Positions 24,926 through 38,497 of a stretch of 64,000 bases of DNA are shown piece after piece. The stretch comes from Camelus dromedarius. Its lineage: Eukaryota. The notes below the pieces were generated by a model, which worked only from the letters and a program-made list of their open reading frames with translations, was not told the DNA's origin and searched no databases. Each line of letters begins with the position of its first letter. The stretch's first letter is position 1. The stretch covers positions 103,666,001 through 103,730,000 of the forward strand of contig NC_087436.1 of NCBI RefSeq assembly GCF_036321535.1. The letters run 5' to 3'. A program made the position numbers and the translations under genes.

Positions 24926-25974
24926 GGCCTCCCAGTTAAATCCACTCCCTCCCACCCTGGGAGAGGTTGATACTGTATTACCCTGCTCTGATTAGAAAGT
25001 CATCGGGGTCAACAATCAGCCTCAGAATCTCCGCCAATTCTACAAGTCTGTTTGTCGGCACCAAATGAATGTCACGCTAATTAAAATACCAAAAACCAAT
25101 TCGGAGATGTACACAGTTTAAAAATGACCAATTTTTACTTTCAAGGGGCATCTAGGATATCTTTTAAGCACAGAATGTATAAATGCTAACCTTGCACGTT
25201 ACATCTCATCCTGTCCCACTGCTTATTAACGCTTATTTGCAGAAAAATAAAAATTACTTCTCCTCAGCTACTTGGGGTATTATATAAGCCACTTAAATGT
25301 AATATTCTCTAGTGCCATCTAGGGGATTTCAGACCAAAAAAAAAAAAAAAAAAAAAAAAGTCTGCTCAGCTGAAAGAGAAAAACAAGAACTGAAAAATCA
25401 GCTATGACTCGCAACGTAGTTTCTTATACGTACCGGATAATGTTTGGGTAATCTTTTATTTTGCAGTTTGGAGAGCTGAGCAAGGTCACACATGGTGCTG
25501 CATCTGGGGAATGAGTAAATGAGGAAAATGAATGACACCGCACCCGTGCTTTGTAGCCTAATACCCCACAAATACAACCTTGAGAGAAAAGTGTCCCCAC
25601 TGAAACCAATGCCTCTTTCTAAAGCCACGTCAAGCAGGATCTGTTAGTATTTTTCAATTGTGTCTTCTAGATTCCCAGTGCCTACGTATGAATCACGTGG
25701 ATGGAGGAATTCCAGCACGTGCCCTTTGAAGCTAAAGAGAGAAACCAAAAAGTGCCTGATGCTTTGCCAGGACCTCGCCTCCAGCCCCAGGCCTGAGCAC
25801 CATGCCTAGCAGAGATCACACCTAAGTATTCATTTTACCGAATTGAGCTCAGCAGCCTCCATGTGGTGTTGACTGACAATGTGCAGTGTCCGCGTCTTTC
25901 TAACACACTAAGTGTGACTGGACTGCAGTAGTCCGTGTTGACCCAATATAAATAGCACATTTCTGGGAAGGTTT

Positions 25975-26200
25975 ACTTGTGTGATGACCCTGTGCTAGGC
26001 ACTTTTCCCACAGGTTACTACTGCCTTTAATCCTTTCCCCCAAACCTCTGGTTCCTATAAATACTTAATTCCTATTCTACAGGTAAGAAAAGTGAGGCAA
26101 AGATAGTAGGGGCGGGGTGCTTCAAGGTAGCACAATGAGAAAAGTTATAAGCAGAGTTTCAAACCCACATTACGCTCCAGCCTCAAGCAGTGTGCTTCCT
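25975..26200 (-). mobile_element. MIR
   Basis: ctgtgctaggcacttt...cctattctacaggtaagaaaagtgaggc...ttcaaaccca. Confidence 0.7.
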
Positions 26201-26799
26201 CCACGAAAGTAGCATTTCAAATATGACATTTAAGTATGACTACCAAATATCTTATAAACTATGTCAACCAAGAGGAAAATGCACATTAGGCGGAATCACA
26301 TGAAATGCCTGATACTCATTCATTTTTGACCTACATGAAGAGCACTGACCTGTGATTCAACACATGGGAAGGCCCATTCAAGGGAGCCTGGGAAAAAAAA
26401 AAGAGACATGTGTCTCAGGGTGTATGGCTCTCTGGGCTCTGCTATGTGAGCCCCTCCGTGACCCCAGCCAGCATCCTTTACAAAACACCAGCAGTCCCCA
26501 CCCACTCATGAGGGTGGCCTTCCTGGAGAAGCCTGAGAAGGGAGGAGATTTGGTGTCAAGGTCAGCAGGGCACGCGAAGAGCCTGACCACGCGGGCAAAG
26601 GGGCAACCTCTGGCCTGGGCTCCCAGTGCCCACGTGTGACATGACCCGCACGTCGTGCCTTAGTCCACAGCTCCGGGGAGCCGGGCAGGGCACAGCACAA
26701 GTGTCCAAGGTGAGGACCTCTAGCCTTCCCTGCCCGCTCCTTTAGGGAACAACAATTCTGCCTGGTAAGTCTAGCCCTTGTAAACAGCTCCCAAGTTCC

Positions 26800-27010
26800 T
26801 GCCCCATGGCTGATTTTTCTGGCCTGAGGTCTCACGTTCTCCGCTCCCTGTCTTCTTCCTCCCTCCTCCAAACCACCATGCTGTGCTTCCTCCCCCACCT
26901 CCCACCCTGCATCTGGCAAGCTCCTCTTTATCCTTCAGATCTCACCTTCCACGTGCCTCTTCCTAGGGAGACTCCCCCTAGCCTCCAAAGCTAGAACCAT
27001 CTCCCTTTTA
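26800..27010 (+). mobile_element. L2 fragment
   Basis: ctggcaagctcctctttatccttcagatctcaccttccacgtgcctcttcctaggga. Confidence 0.55.
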
Positions 27011-29149
27011 TGTGATACTTTAAGGCTGGAGTTCCCGAGGAAGTAAGCCTTTGTTAGGTACCATTGCATTTGCCCTAAGTCTTTCATGGTCTCTTAGCTA
27101 CTGCAGATATCAATTAATTAAACTGGATGACCTGCAACGAAGCAACTTCCTCGTATATACTTACATGCTTATCAAGGCGAAGGTTCCCAAACATCACCTC
27201 TAAGATGTGTTGATCTTATTTATCCCACAAGTACATTGTGACAGTAGGCACTGGCAAGGGAGTTCCAGCACTGCTTGTTCAAAGTCACTTTGTTCATGTC
27301 TGGCTTGAATAAATGTTCCTTCTCCATTGGTTCATTTGGCTGAAATAAGTCTGCATGCTCCAGTGAATGCTCCAGGTTGATGGGGTGGTCAGGAACAGGA
27401 GGTGGGTGGATAGAGATTTTAGAATGTATCTAATGATGAGTCACAGCACCTTATTATTTTACAAACATAAAAAGCATTGGGTGTTTAACAATTGCTCTCA
27501 AGCAACCCTGATGTAATCTGCAATGGGCCTTGCAAAGTCCATACACCTGAAAGCAAAGATGATCAAGGCTTATTGGTTCTCAATCCAATAAAGATAATGA
27601 CTTCTGCTTAATATGCAATCAAAGGCTAGCTGGCTTTAAGCAAAGGTTTTATAATTTACTTATACTTTGTTTCAAAATATTACCTCTCCATTCTTGCTTT
27701 TCTAATATAATAAGGGCAAACAAAAATATATAAATATGTGTATCTTCTTTCCTTTGTTCAATCCATCGCCCATCTACTCATTAAAGAAATATTTTGCAGA
27801 ATTGTCAAAGGAAAGATGGCTGGGGACAGAAAATGGGGCCCATAGAAATGGGTGTGGATAAGCATTTCATGGAAAACAGGAAAAAGACAGGAAAGAAAGT
27901 AAAAATTGATACATGGACAGATATTGTGGCAAACAAGTAGGAAAACGAGAGCAGTGTGGGGAAAGGATTTAAGAAATACTGTGATGGATGAGGAAGAGGA
28001 GCTCCTTTGACGTTACTGAAAACAATCAAATAAAATCATAATTATTGTTATCATTTTGGAATGCTGGACTGTAGCCATTTAACTATGACCCTGCAGTGAG
28101 ACTGGGCTATGTGGAGTCCAGCGATTTATTCAGATCATGCTAACATGGTGTACAATAAGCAACACTAATAATGTAAGTTGTTTGTGTAGAATTAGTCTGC
28201 CCTATTTCCTCTAGGGTCCTGGGATTTATTGCATTATTTCATCCCTGACTTTTACTGCCCACTCCGCATGGCATCCTACAACCAGTGCCTCTCCTGCTCT
28301 ATTATACCCCTTGCCTCAAATATTCTTCACCTGAAAAATGTCCTCGAAATATCATTTCTGAGTTCCTCTGAACAAGAGGAGGGTTGCAGGTCTCAGATGG
28401 ATAAAGGGTCAAATAACAACTGAGAGTAGGCTTTTAGTGGGAATCTACCCAACAGAAGGTTCCCATCTCAACACTTCTACAAACCACCGAGATGCCCACT
28501 AAACCCCAAATCCCAGATCAAAGATGGTGAAATCCAGGCATTCAGTATTTAAAGTTTCTGTGGTTTTCTCACAGCCTTATTCTTACACTAGAAAGTTCTT
28601 TGTTGACTTCTTTCTTGGTGTGTTTTTTGGTTAGTTTGTTTTCTGTTGACATAGCCTGAAAGAAAGGCACTGAAGATCTGAAGATCGTTTGAAGACCTTA
28701 TTTTAATTCTTCACAACACCTTATATCACTTGATTATCACAATCTGTGTCACTAATTTTGGACTTCACTGAGCCCCAATTTTACCAGTCTATGAAATAAA
28801 ATGTTCATTCCTTTTTCCAGTATGGTTTTCTATACCCTATTGGTTGGTTTGAGAGGCACATTAACTACTCCTGACTGTGAAAGACTTATTACATTTAAAG
28901 TATTTAGTTTAATTTATGGTATTACATGTTTTTTGATATTATATGTTCAGTAGTGACATCTGAAATGTGTTGACAAGTACACTGGCATTGGAATTCAGAT
29001 ACTTAAGTTGGCTCAACTTCTAGATTGTCTACCACTACTTGTTTCTGACTCTGTGAGCTTAAATAAGTAACTTTACTTCCCTGAGCCTCATGACTTCATC
29101 AATAACTTGACTATAAGAAAATGATGTTAATAAAGATAGGAAAATGACT

Positions 29150-29715
29150 AAAATAAACACATTAAAACCTTAGTGGCTTAATACAAGAAAAGGTTATTTC
29201 TTATTCACATAGTGTTCAGTATGGGTGTTTAGCCTGCAACCTTCCACACAGTGATTCAGGGATCCAGGTTCCCTCTATCTGGTAGATTTGTCATCCCCTT
29301 TACTGTGTGTAAAGCAATCCATACATTACAACTACTCAACTTTGCCATTGTTGTACAAAGGCAGCCACTGACAATATATAAGCAATCAACCTGGTTGAGT
29401 TTTAATAAAACTTTATATATAAAAACAAATGGTAGACCAGATTTGACCCACTGGCCACGGTTTTCTGACCCCTGCCCTAGGTTATTGACATCCTCTTCTG
29501 GATTCCTTGCAACCAAGGAGGAAAATCATGAGGGAAAATCAAAGTATGAGGAATGGCCAAGAGTTTTTAATGGGCCAGGCTTAAAAATGACATATCTCAC
29601 TTCTGCCCAATTCCATCGCCCAAGTACAGCCATACATAACTTCAAGGGAGCCTGGAAAATAACTTGAGATTGCCCAGGAGAAAAAGAAAATAGGATGTTA
29701 TGAACTCATAAAATT
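29150..29715 (-). mobile_element. MaLR LTR (MLT1K/L-like) interrupted by MER58A
   Basis: tagtggcttaatacaag...ttatttcttattcaca...gtgattcagggatccaggttcc; resumes after 29475 with ctcacttctgccca...aacttcaagggagcctggaaaat. Confidence 0.7.
29305..29473 (+). mobile_element. MER58A-like hAT fragment nested in the MLT1 LTR
   Basis: caactactcaactttgccattgttgtacaaaggcagcca...aataaaactttat...agaccagatttgacccac...tctgacccctg. Confidence 0.8.
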
Positions 29716-30806
29716 CTCTGCCAAAAACACTTCTTTCAGTGGTTATGGAAAGGGTCATAGGAGATAATGCGCATGCAAAACTACTTTGTAAGTTATAATT
29801 CGCTGTGCCAATGTAGATTGCTATTTTTATTATAATCACTGTATGTAACTATGAATACCTTACCATCAGGGAGTGGGACCCCCCCCTCGGAAAGAAGTGA
29901 GCTTATGGATATAAAACTCTGCAAGTTGTGTTTTATGAGCCAGGGCAATGAGCCCTTTCCTCCAACTTGGGAGCCTTGAAAGGCCCTGAAATATCTTCTT
30001 CCTCCATGGCAGCAACAAGTCTTGCGCGCCTAGAAGCGATTACTGAAGCACTTTTCAGATTATCTCAGTAGTCAGATTATTTGCTATAAAACTGAAAGTT
30101 TATTTATAATATCCTTCAATGCTGGAAACAATGAATTGGAAATATAAAAATGAAGCTATCCATAGTATTAACTAATTAACTAAAATCCATGCTTAATATT
30201 CTCTGAGAGTAAAGCACTGTCCCGGGGAGATAGGACACATCAGAAAGCATATAAGGCAAGATAAAAACAATTCTCAATGTGGTCGCTTCAATCAGATTTT
30301 GAAGGTCTCCCTTCTAAACCGTTTAATGTTTGAGACCGGGTCATGGTATCTTTTTCAACAGCCTTTTCACAGAGCGGCCTGAGCAGCACAATTATTCCAC
30401 TAATTTTAAAAGAGTTCTCTTCTGTTTGTGTCTTTTAAATGATGGAATTAAACACAGAGAAAATGAAAATGCAGAAGATTAGAATTAAATATATTGAATA
30501 GAGGCAAAAGCACGGATGATTCATTTATTTATTTAATTTTTAGCAAAATGACAAATTGAAGGGACTTCCTATGAGGCAATTAGCCATCAAACCTTTTGAA
30601 TTTCAAACAAAGCAAATGAATCCAACATTTAAAGAGGTTTGTAAAGATCTCACAGACTATAGGACGTGAAGAGCAGGGCATTTGCCAATGACAGTGTTGG
30701 CTAGTGGAGAGGAAGGTACCTTGCTGAGAGTAGTGACCTGGGTAGGTCTCTATGTCTTCATATTATTTATAATCTCCCCACTTCTAAAGAGCTGGTGTTC
30801 AATGGA

Positions 30807-30940
30807 TAGGGCATGCATAAGGCCCAGTTTGTTCAAGCCAGTCCCAGTTCACCCGTATTCCCCAGCATAATTATTAATAGTGTCCTCATTCACTCTCCAG
30901 AGTGGCCCCAATTTGGAAAATTCATTATACAAATGTGCCA
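30807..30940. mobile_element. MER94-like hAT-Blackjack MITE
   Basis: cccagtttg...cagtcccagtt...cataattattaatagtg...tcactctc...caatttgga. Confidence 0.6.
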
Positions 30941-32339
30941 TCAATAGATATGCGTTCATGGCTTGATGAGCAGAACTTGGGAAGATGGCACTCATGCCAC
31001 CGCCTAACGGCCACACCCAAGAGGCTAAAACATCCAAACAGACCAATAACTGAGCCCAGAGTACTAGGATCCACGGGCCCACAGCAGAAGTACGTACTTG
31101 CTGTAGACATTTGCTCCCCTGAAACCTGGCAGGAAACCTCCCAACAAGAACACAGCTAATCAGCACTAATTTAATGAGTTGCCACCACCTGGAAGAGGAA
31201 GTGAATAGTTATTTAAGAATCCACGTGAGCTTGGATCATCATTGCTAAAAACCTGGACTCTGGCACCCCAAATCACAGGTCCAAATGGATAAAAATGCAG
31301 TGTGCCTCATTTTTGTCAATAAAAAATAGTGTAACTATTTTTTCAATGAAATCCTTTACTTATATTTGCCAAGGGTGAATTTTGGAGGTATTTGTTAATT
31401 GCCTCAAGATTGATTCTGAACTTTATTCATCCAAATGAGAAAATTTCACAGGGTAAGAGGTCGGAGGGAGCTGGGGCAACAGCCAGTTTTACACGCTTCA
31501 AGATGTAATGCCTAGAGAGAACCAGTGCCTTATACCTCAAAGCATTAGCTGGCTGGAATCCTCTGAGGGCTCTCCCAGTCCCTAACTCCTCACCTAGTGT
31601 TCCCAAATCCTATACCCAAGTCATTGCCAACACCAATACTTGCTTCCGGCTGGTTTCCAGTTCCTGCATTTGTTTCCTAGCATTAATACTGGAGAAGTGT
31701 TTCTTTCTCTAGAAGATGTTGGAGAGAGAAAATGAGTTAAACATTCAGTTAGAGAAAGATGATGGCTCACTTTAGCCATTCTTTCTAATTCTAGGAATAA
31801 TTTTAAAACTCTTGGTTCCTCTGGAAGTGGCATCAGTCAAGAGCAAAGGATATGCTTCCTCTTCTCTTAACTTTCTTGGGGCTCATCCTCTTCCACGATC
31901 AGCCATAAAAATTCTCATTAGCCCCCAAGTAAGGATCTTTCCATCTGTTCATTGTTGCAGCCCCAGACCCTGACCTAGTGTCTCCCCCAGAGCTGTTCTA
32001 TTCATATTTGTAAATTAATGAAGAAATGAGGAAATTCATCAAGGTAACAAGAAGCCAAAATACGAGTCTGTTGGGCAATAAACAGCCATGTGTCCTCCTC
32101 ACTGCCAGGACACTACTGGTTTGAGGAACCACCAGAGCGCCTGGAAAAACTAAGAAATGCCTTAAGAACAGAGCCAAGCTAAACTCAATAGGAAATAGGT
32201 TTGCAGAAAAGTTATTAATGCTACAAAAAGAAGAACCCTTTCTGGATGAGAACATTAGCATTGCAGAGAAATGGCCCCCAAAATGCAGGAGGTAAATTGT
32301 TTATTGGGGAGGATAAAAGTAATTGGGGTACATAATAGT

Positions 32340-32950
32340 GAAGCTGGGTGCTGGTGGCTGTAGGCAACACAAATACAAACTCAAGGGCTTAAAACATCTG
32401 ATAATACATTTTCTGGCATAACCAGGAGTCCAGGGTAGGTAGACTCCTGGGCTGGGCGATTCAGAGACTCAAAACGTCATCATGGGTCCATGTTCCCTCC
32501 AACCCTTGGCCTTGCAGAATCTTCAGCATCAACATGACCTCTGAACGGGAGCATGATGACTGAGGCAGGTGTCAACTCCAGACAGTAATGCCCACAGGAA
32601 GCAGAGAGACAAACACTCCCTGAGGCTCTCTCTCTGTTATTTATGGATGCGCTGTTCATTTATTTTTGAAGAATGCATCCTCTTTGTTACTATTAATGAG
32701 GCTTGTAGTCCCCTGACTGCAGTTTTCTCCCTGAACCTCAGCAAACATAATTCTTAAGAGTCAGAGACTGTAGTTCGCCTTTACCAGCAATGAAACTTTT
32801 CCAAGAAGCTCTCTGAGTCCTTTCGCCCTCACATCCCATTGATTGGACGCCACATTTTTCCCTAACACGTTACCCGCAAAGCAAATGGAAATCCCCTTCT
32901 GCTCTTATAGGAGTGTGATCAGCGTAGGCGAAAGCCCATGGCTGCTTGGG
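32340..32950 (-). mobile_element. Old MaLR LTR (MLT1J/L-like), degraded
   Basis: ggctgtaggcaacacaaa...agggcttaaaa...cataaccaggagtccagggtagg...attcagagactcaaaacgtcatca. Confidence 0.55.
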
Positions 32951-33129
32951 GAGGCGTGAATGCCTAAAAAGCGTTATGCTAGAGAGGAGAAGAAGAGGGA
33001 ACTGCGGTGTCAGCAACCATAAGTACTCCAGAGTGAGAGCATCAGTGGCTAATTAGAGACCTGGGTTAGCTCTGTGACATGTGAAGATTATAGCAATCCC
33101 CAAAGAACCATCTTACAGAGGCGAGGTAC

Positions 33130-33300
33130 ATAGTTTATAAAATCTTCCTAAATCTCCGAAGTAGATAACTATTATTATCCTATCTTTCCAGATAAGGAAA
33201 CCAAGGTTCAACTGACTGACATACAGTCACATAGCTAGGAAGTGGCAATTGCAGGTGGGGAGTCAAATATTTAGTAAAAATGTGTCTGATTCCCTTAAAT
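33130..33300 (-). mobile_element. MIR
   Basis: tattattatcctatctttccagataaggaaaccaaggttca...gtcacatagctaggaagtggc. Confidence 0.8.
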
Positions 33301-34010
33301 AAAAATTCCAAGTCACAGAGTTTTGAAAGAAAACTTCCAAGCAAGTGCCCGATACACTATGAAACCATAAGTTAAATGCATTTCACTTATCATAATCGTG
33401 TTCTTTTTGGTCCATCATTTATTTATGTATGCATTCATTTATTCAATAGCTTATTATGCACAAGACAAATTGTCAAGTGCTTGGGACTAAGGAGATGACA
33501 AATATTCCACTGATGTGTGCACTTCTGAGTTCACACACCAGGCAAGATTCAAAGGCAAGCATGGATCATATTTCCTAATTCTGAAAAGGGAAAACGGGCA
33601 AATGGCATTGAGAAAGAAGAGAGGATGGGAGAACGCAACATTAAATGCACGTGTTGACTGAAAAATACATGTTAGTTTCAGACTGGTTCTAACTGGCAGG
33701 AAAGATCGTCAGAAGAGGAGAGATCTGGCAACCACAGCCCAAGTTCTACAATAGGTTACACACACACACAATGCTTCACGCAGGCACAAAATGAGTGAGC
33801 AGTTCTTTCTCCAAGGAGGGCATGGGGGTGATGTGATAGAGAAGGCAACATTTTACACATGAGCACTGGAAAGTGAGTTGCGCTTTCCAGGTAGAGAGAA
33901 CCCAGGAGGAAAGAACAACACGGTAAGACATGAGATGGGAAGCAGCAGTGAAGCATCAATTCATTGTGGCTTTAGGGCAGAATCTTCCTCATTAAACCGA
34001 GAGAGAGAAA

Positions 34011-34064
34011 GAGACAGAGTGACAAAGAGAGACAGAGTGACAAAGTGAGACAGAGTGACAAAGA
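34011..34064. repeat. Minisatellite, 3 x 18 bp (gagacagagtgacaaaga)
   Basis: Copies at 34011, 34029 and 34047, with one mismatch. Confidence 0.9.
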
Positions 34065-35334
34065 GGGACATGGAGAGAGAAAGCTGGGAACACATACAAT
34101 CTAGTGCTTTCCAGCATGAAACATTCAGCCTCCCAATTATTCATTGGGCTACTGGAGCTAAATTCCTCAGGGGGAGTCCCAAGCCCGCCACCAGCTGGCC
34201 TGACCCTCTAATTTCACCCTTCTGAGCCTCATCCCCATCTTCTATAAAAGCAGCAGACTCCTCCTTCTCAGGGGGAGCCCTCAGGATTTAAGGCAATGCT
34301 ACCCAGGAGGCACAGAGCTCAAGGCTTGGCGTGTGGCAAACATCCACTAATGGTAGCAGGCTAAGATAAATGAGAAAATGATTCCACTCTTCCGTCTTGA
34401 TATTTAAAGAACCACCACTCTCAGGTGCCAGACATGCCCCTTCAGGGGGACAAGGTGGTTCAGACAGAAAGACTGTGACCTTGAATGTAGAAATGGTCTG
34501 GGGTTCCTCATTTCTGCCACCAGTCCTGGAAAAAATGCAGGGGTGAGTCTGGGGAAGAGCAGAGTAGAGCCGACAGAGGGAGAAGAGGATTATAAGCCGT
34601 ATTACCACGTGATTCCTGGAGTCGGGGGGTGGGCAAGAGAATCTCTCCTGGGCTGTGAGATGATTTCATCATAAGAAGACTGAATTCCCATTTCCTTAGA
34701 AGATGGCTGAAAACAGGAGGCTGACAAATGAATCCCCCTCGGTGGGGTGTGAGGGAGCCAGACGGAGGTGTTCCTTGTCAAAAGGGACCCCCTCCCCACT
34801 CCTTGTGCTCTGGAAGCACAGAAGGGCACTCAGTGTGATTCAGGGCCACTGAGTGGAGAGGCACCGAGGCTCTTGGAGGCATCATGTCAACACGCTGCCC
34901 ACCAGAAGGTGGGCCCTTGGGCTGGCAGAGCCCAAAGTGGGAAGTGACAGCCCCTCGCCCCAGGAGGCAGAAGTAAAGCTGAATGCTCATGGAGCATGGG
35001 TGGGGATGAGGGTGTGTGTGTGCACCACATAATCCAAGACCACCGGCCAGCTGTGAATCTCAACAATAAGCCAGCCCAGATGGAGACGGTGTTTGCCTCC
35101 CAGTTCCCCCACCAGATCCCAGATCTTGCTGCCACCATCCTTGAACGGCTCCCACAGTGGGGACCAAACCAGTGATGATGTGAAAAATAGTAGCAGGAAA
35201 GGAACCACACAGGTAGACCTCCTTCCCATTATCCCAGATGCCATCCTGGGGAGGAGAAAAGGAATCTCACTGAACATTGATCCCAAGGACACTAAGCTTT
35301 AAACCAGTAGAACTTCGGAATTATGGTTTCTGCC

Positions 35335-35658
35335 TGCCTTAGTCTGTTCAGGCTGCTGTAACAGAATACCATAGACTGAGTAACTTATAAATAATGAACA
35401 CTGACTTCCCCATTCTGGAGACTGGGAAGTCCAAGATCAAAGGTGCCAACAGAGCCAGAGTCTGGTGAAGGCCCACTTCCTGGCTTGTAGAAGGCAGTCC
35501 ATGAGCAAGCAAGCCCCAGTGTCTCTCCTTATAAGGGCACTAATCTCATTCGTAAGGACTCCACCCTCATGACCCAGTTACCTCCCAAAGGCCCCACCTC
35601 TTAACACCATCGCATTGGGGGTTAGGATTCCAAGGGACATAAGCATTCAGTCCACATA
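35335..35658 (-). mobile_element. MaLR solo LTR (MLT1A0-like)
   Basis: ttagtctgttcaggctgctgtaacagaataccatagactg...ctgggaagtccaagatcaa...ttataagggcactaatc...cattcagtcca. Confidence 0.9.
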
Positions 35659-36929
35659 TGTCATAAGAGGCCATGGAAGGATTCACGACCTAGGGCAAGT
35701 TCAATCTTGGGAAACCCCAGTTATGTGCATTCTGGTTGTTCCCAGCAGTTGAGAAAATTATACCAGCAACAGCTAACATTATCAAACCTTTGATTTTGAC
35801 AGGCATTAGGTTATAAACTGCCAAATTTAATCCTCTTAAGTAGATAACGGGTACTGTTATTTCTATTTCCCAGATGACAAAACTGATGTAAAAATCCTGT
35901 GTTCTCATTGTATGTATTAAGAGTAGAGACAGTAGTTAAAGGACTAATAAGCTATTTTATTCCATCTCTTGAACGAAGCAGCAAATCTCACCATCGTGGA
36001 GGAGGTGCACCAATACCACCTAACACCCCACAAAACACGATCTAGTGAAAACATACATGTGTCCATCCTCAGGGTCTCGCCTTTTCCATCAGGCAAGAAG
36101 GACACAGATCTCCCAGGCAAACTTGTGGTGGAGGTTTGGCCAGCGCCTGTCCACCACCAGTGCCTTCTTGGTGGTGCCATCCTCTCTCATGTCTACTCTG
36201 GCTCCCAGCTTCAGGGCCGACCAGCCTTATAATCTTACATCCATGTAAACCGAGTTTATCTCCCTGTGCTCCTGTCTCCATATGTGTACAAAAGGGCGAC
36301 CAATGCCAACGAGTCAGTATTGTATTAACGATGGGGACAAGTTACACACCACACTTGCAGTAACACCTGACACAGCGGTTGTGATTTTCACCACCCTCAC
36401 AGCCTCACTCTTAGCTGCCTGTTCAGTTAGAAAGCAAAACTCCTCCCTCTGACCCATAAAAGGCACAGGCAAGAATTTTAAAAAGTTTTTTTAATTCCAG
36501 GGTATTTTACCAGCAGCATCTTGAAAATCAAAGCACTTTTAGAGACACAAAGGAATCAATTTCTAATAGATTTAAAATTCCCTATCATGATGTGTTATTA
36601 TCCTGATTAAGTATTCCATGGCTCAAGTCCTTTTCATAAAACAATGAAAACAGCATTTTAACTTTTTATTTATTTCCAACCTGTTTCTTTTCAGAAAAGA
36701 TGTGAGATTGTCAAGAAAGGAAAAAAAATATATTTTGTGTGAAATCATTTTTTTTTTTTTAGAAAACAGAAAACCAGAAATCAGGAAAGGAGATGGAATC
36801 AACTTGCTCTCCCAAAAGATCATCCAGAGCTACGGGACAAAAACATCAGATCTGGATCTGAGTGTCCTATGGGCAAAAGCTAAAGTATTTGTGTTATTTC
36901 TAGGAATTTACACCTTTCAAAAAGCATCT

Positions 36930-37030
36930 TCATGTACATTTTGTATTTATTCCTCTCAGCAATCCAGTGAAGAAGAGGTTACACTCCCCATTTTACAGAT
37001 AAGGAAACTGAGGTCCTGGAGGGCAAAACC
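36930..37030 (-). mobile_element. MIR core
   Basis: ccccattttacagataaggaaactgagg. Confidence 0.8.
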
Positions 37031-38239
37031 ATCAGACCCAGATGTCTTCAATCTTTGTTCAATGCTGTTCACTTACACCACAGCTCGGAGTAGAATTCTG
37101 AAGCAGGAAAGGACTTTAGAGGTTATCTAGTCTGGCTTTGAGAGAGCTGTTTTGAATAATGCGTGCATGTCAATACTCACATAAACAGTATTAAATTTAA
37201 TAAAATAATATTGAAATTGATTATTATCCATGGTACATGCTTGACAACACACCTGGTCACATTCCTTCGGGTTTGAGATGGGCTTTTTATGACACAGAAG
37301 CAACTAGAAGGTCAAATTATGTATCAGGGCATGACCCAGGACCCTTTGGTTTTATCATTTTGAACATCAAGGATCTAACAAGATTCACATCATTATCCCT
37401 GATAAGTCATGAATCAAGCATTTTTTTAAAAAATTCTCCATGGTTAAATAATGCTTAGCAACATCATCTTCCAGAAGCATTTCTCTTCCAGTCGTGATTA
37501 GCCTTTTCTAGTGATTCCGCTCAGCTAGGATTTTTAGTGTTTTTTAATTGCGTATTTTATGATATTTTAATTTTATGTTTATACATTATTAATCATCTTT
37601 ATTATATTTTAATTGTCAATGCAGCATCCAAAGCATGGAGAGGGAGCACTTCACAAATAAGAATATTAATTTATATGCCTTAAAATAATAATTAGGATTT
37701 TAATAAAATTACTTCCCTTAATAGGTCTCTGTGGAATGTAAATTCCCCACCGTTAAATGAACTAATGAGATACGAGGTGAATTTCATTAAGCGCTGTGCT
37801 CACTTACAACCAAAAAATTCTAAGCAACAATAGTAAACTTCCAAAATATTTACCTAAAGGCAAGTTGCTGATTTCCTCTAAAAGGCAATCTAAGAGCTGC
37901 ACACACAGAATAACATCCAAATGTATCCTCTCTCATCCTGGCGTCTGTCAGGAGAATGAGTACATTGGCACTACATCTCACTGCGGTCACCCAAACCACT
38001 TTGTATTTTACTTGCTAACCCATCAGAAAAGGGCTTCCTGTCAGCACACAACTCTGCAAAGCATCCTGAGTTTTAGGACCATTCAAGGTGCACATCGGAA
38101 GTGAGAATACTATCAGTGATGCTGTCTTGCACCCGAAGGTGTCATAGGGCTCTAGAAACATCAAGTGAGCCTCACAGGTTCTCAACACCAGAAGAAGACT
38201 GCTGGTCCAGTCCTATAAACGGGACTGAAGGGCAGGGAG

Positions 38240-38497
38240 AGGAAACCTTGTGGTCTGCTTCCCAGCCACAGAGGGGGCATCGTGGAGAAACAAACTGGCC
38301 ACAAGCAGGTTGAGCTTGCCTGGTCCTCCGTTAAACATGGACTGCCTTGGCAGCTCTTGGCTGGGAAGCAGACCACCAGGAAACCTTGTGGTCTGCTTCC
38401 CAGCCACAGAGGGGGCATCGTGGAGAAACAAACTGGCCACAAGCAGGTTGAGCTTGCCTGGTCCTCCGTTAAACATGGACTGCCTTGGCAGCTCTTG
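38240..38497. repeat. Exact 120-bp tandem duplication (38240-38359 and 38378-38497) with an 18-nt inverted junction insert
   Basis: Two identical copies, period 138; junction tggctgggaagcagaccac is the reverse complement of gtggtctgcttcccagcca inside the unit. Confidence 0.97.

Noticed and set aside
26560..26700. CpG island promoter
   Set aside because: Too short and too CpG-poor; kept only as a weak motif-cluster finding.
38240..38497. CRISPR-like or protein-repeat interpretation; CTCF site at ccacagagggggcatc
   Set aside because: This is eukaryotic DNA with only two 120-bp units, and the repeated peptides just reflect the 138-bp period. The CTCF-like motif has the wrong spacing in its 5' half.
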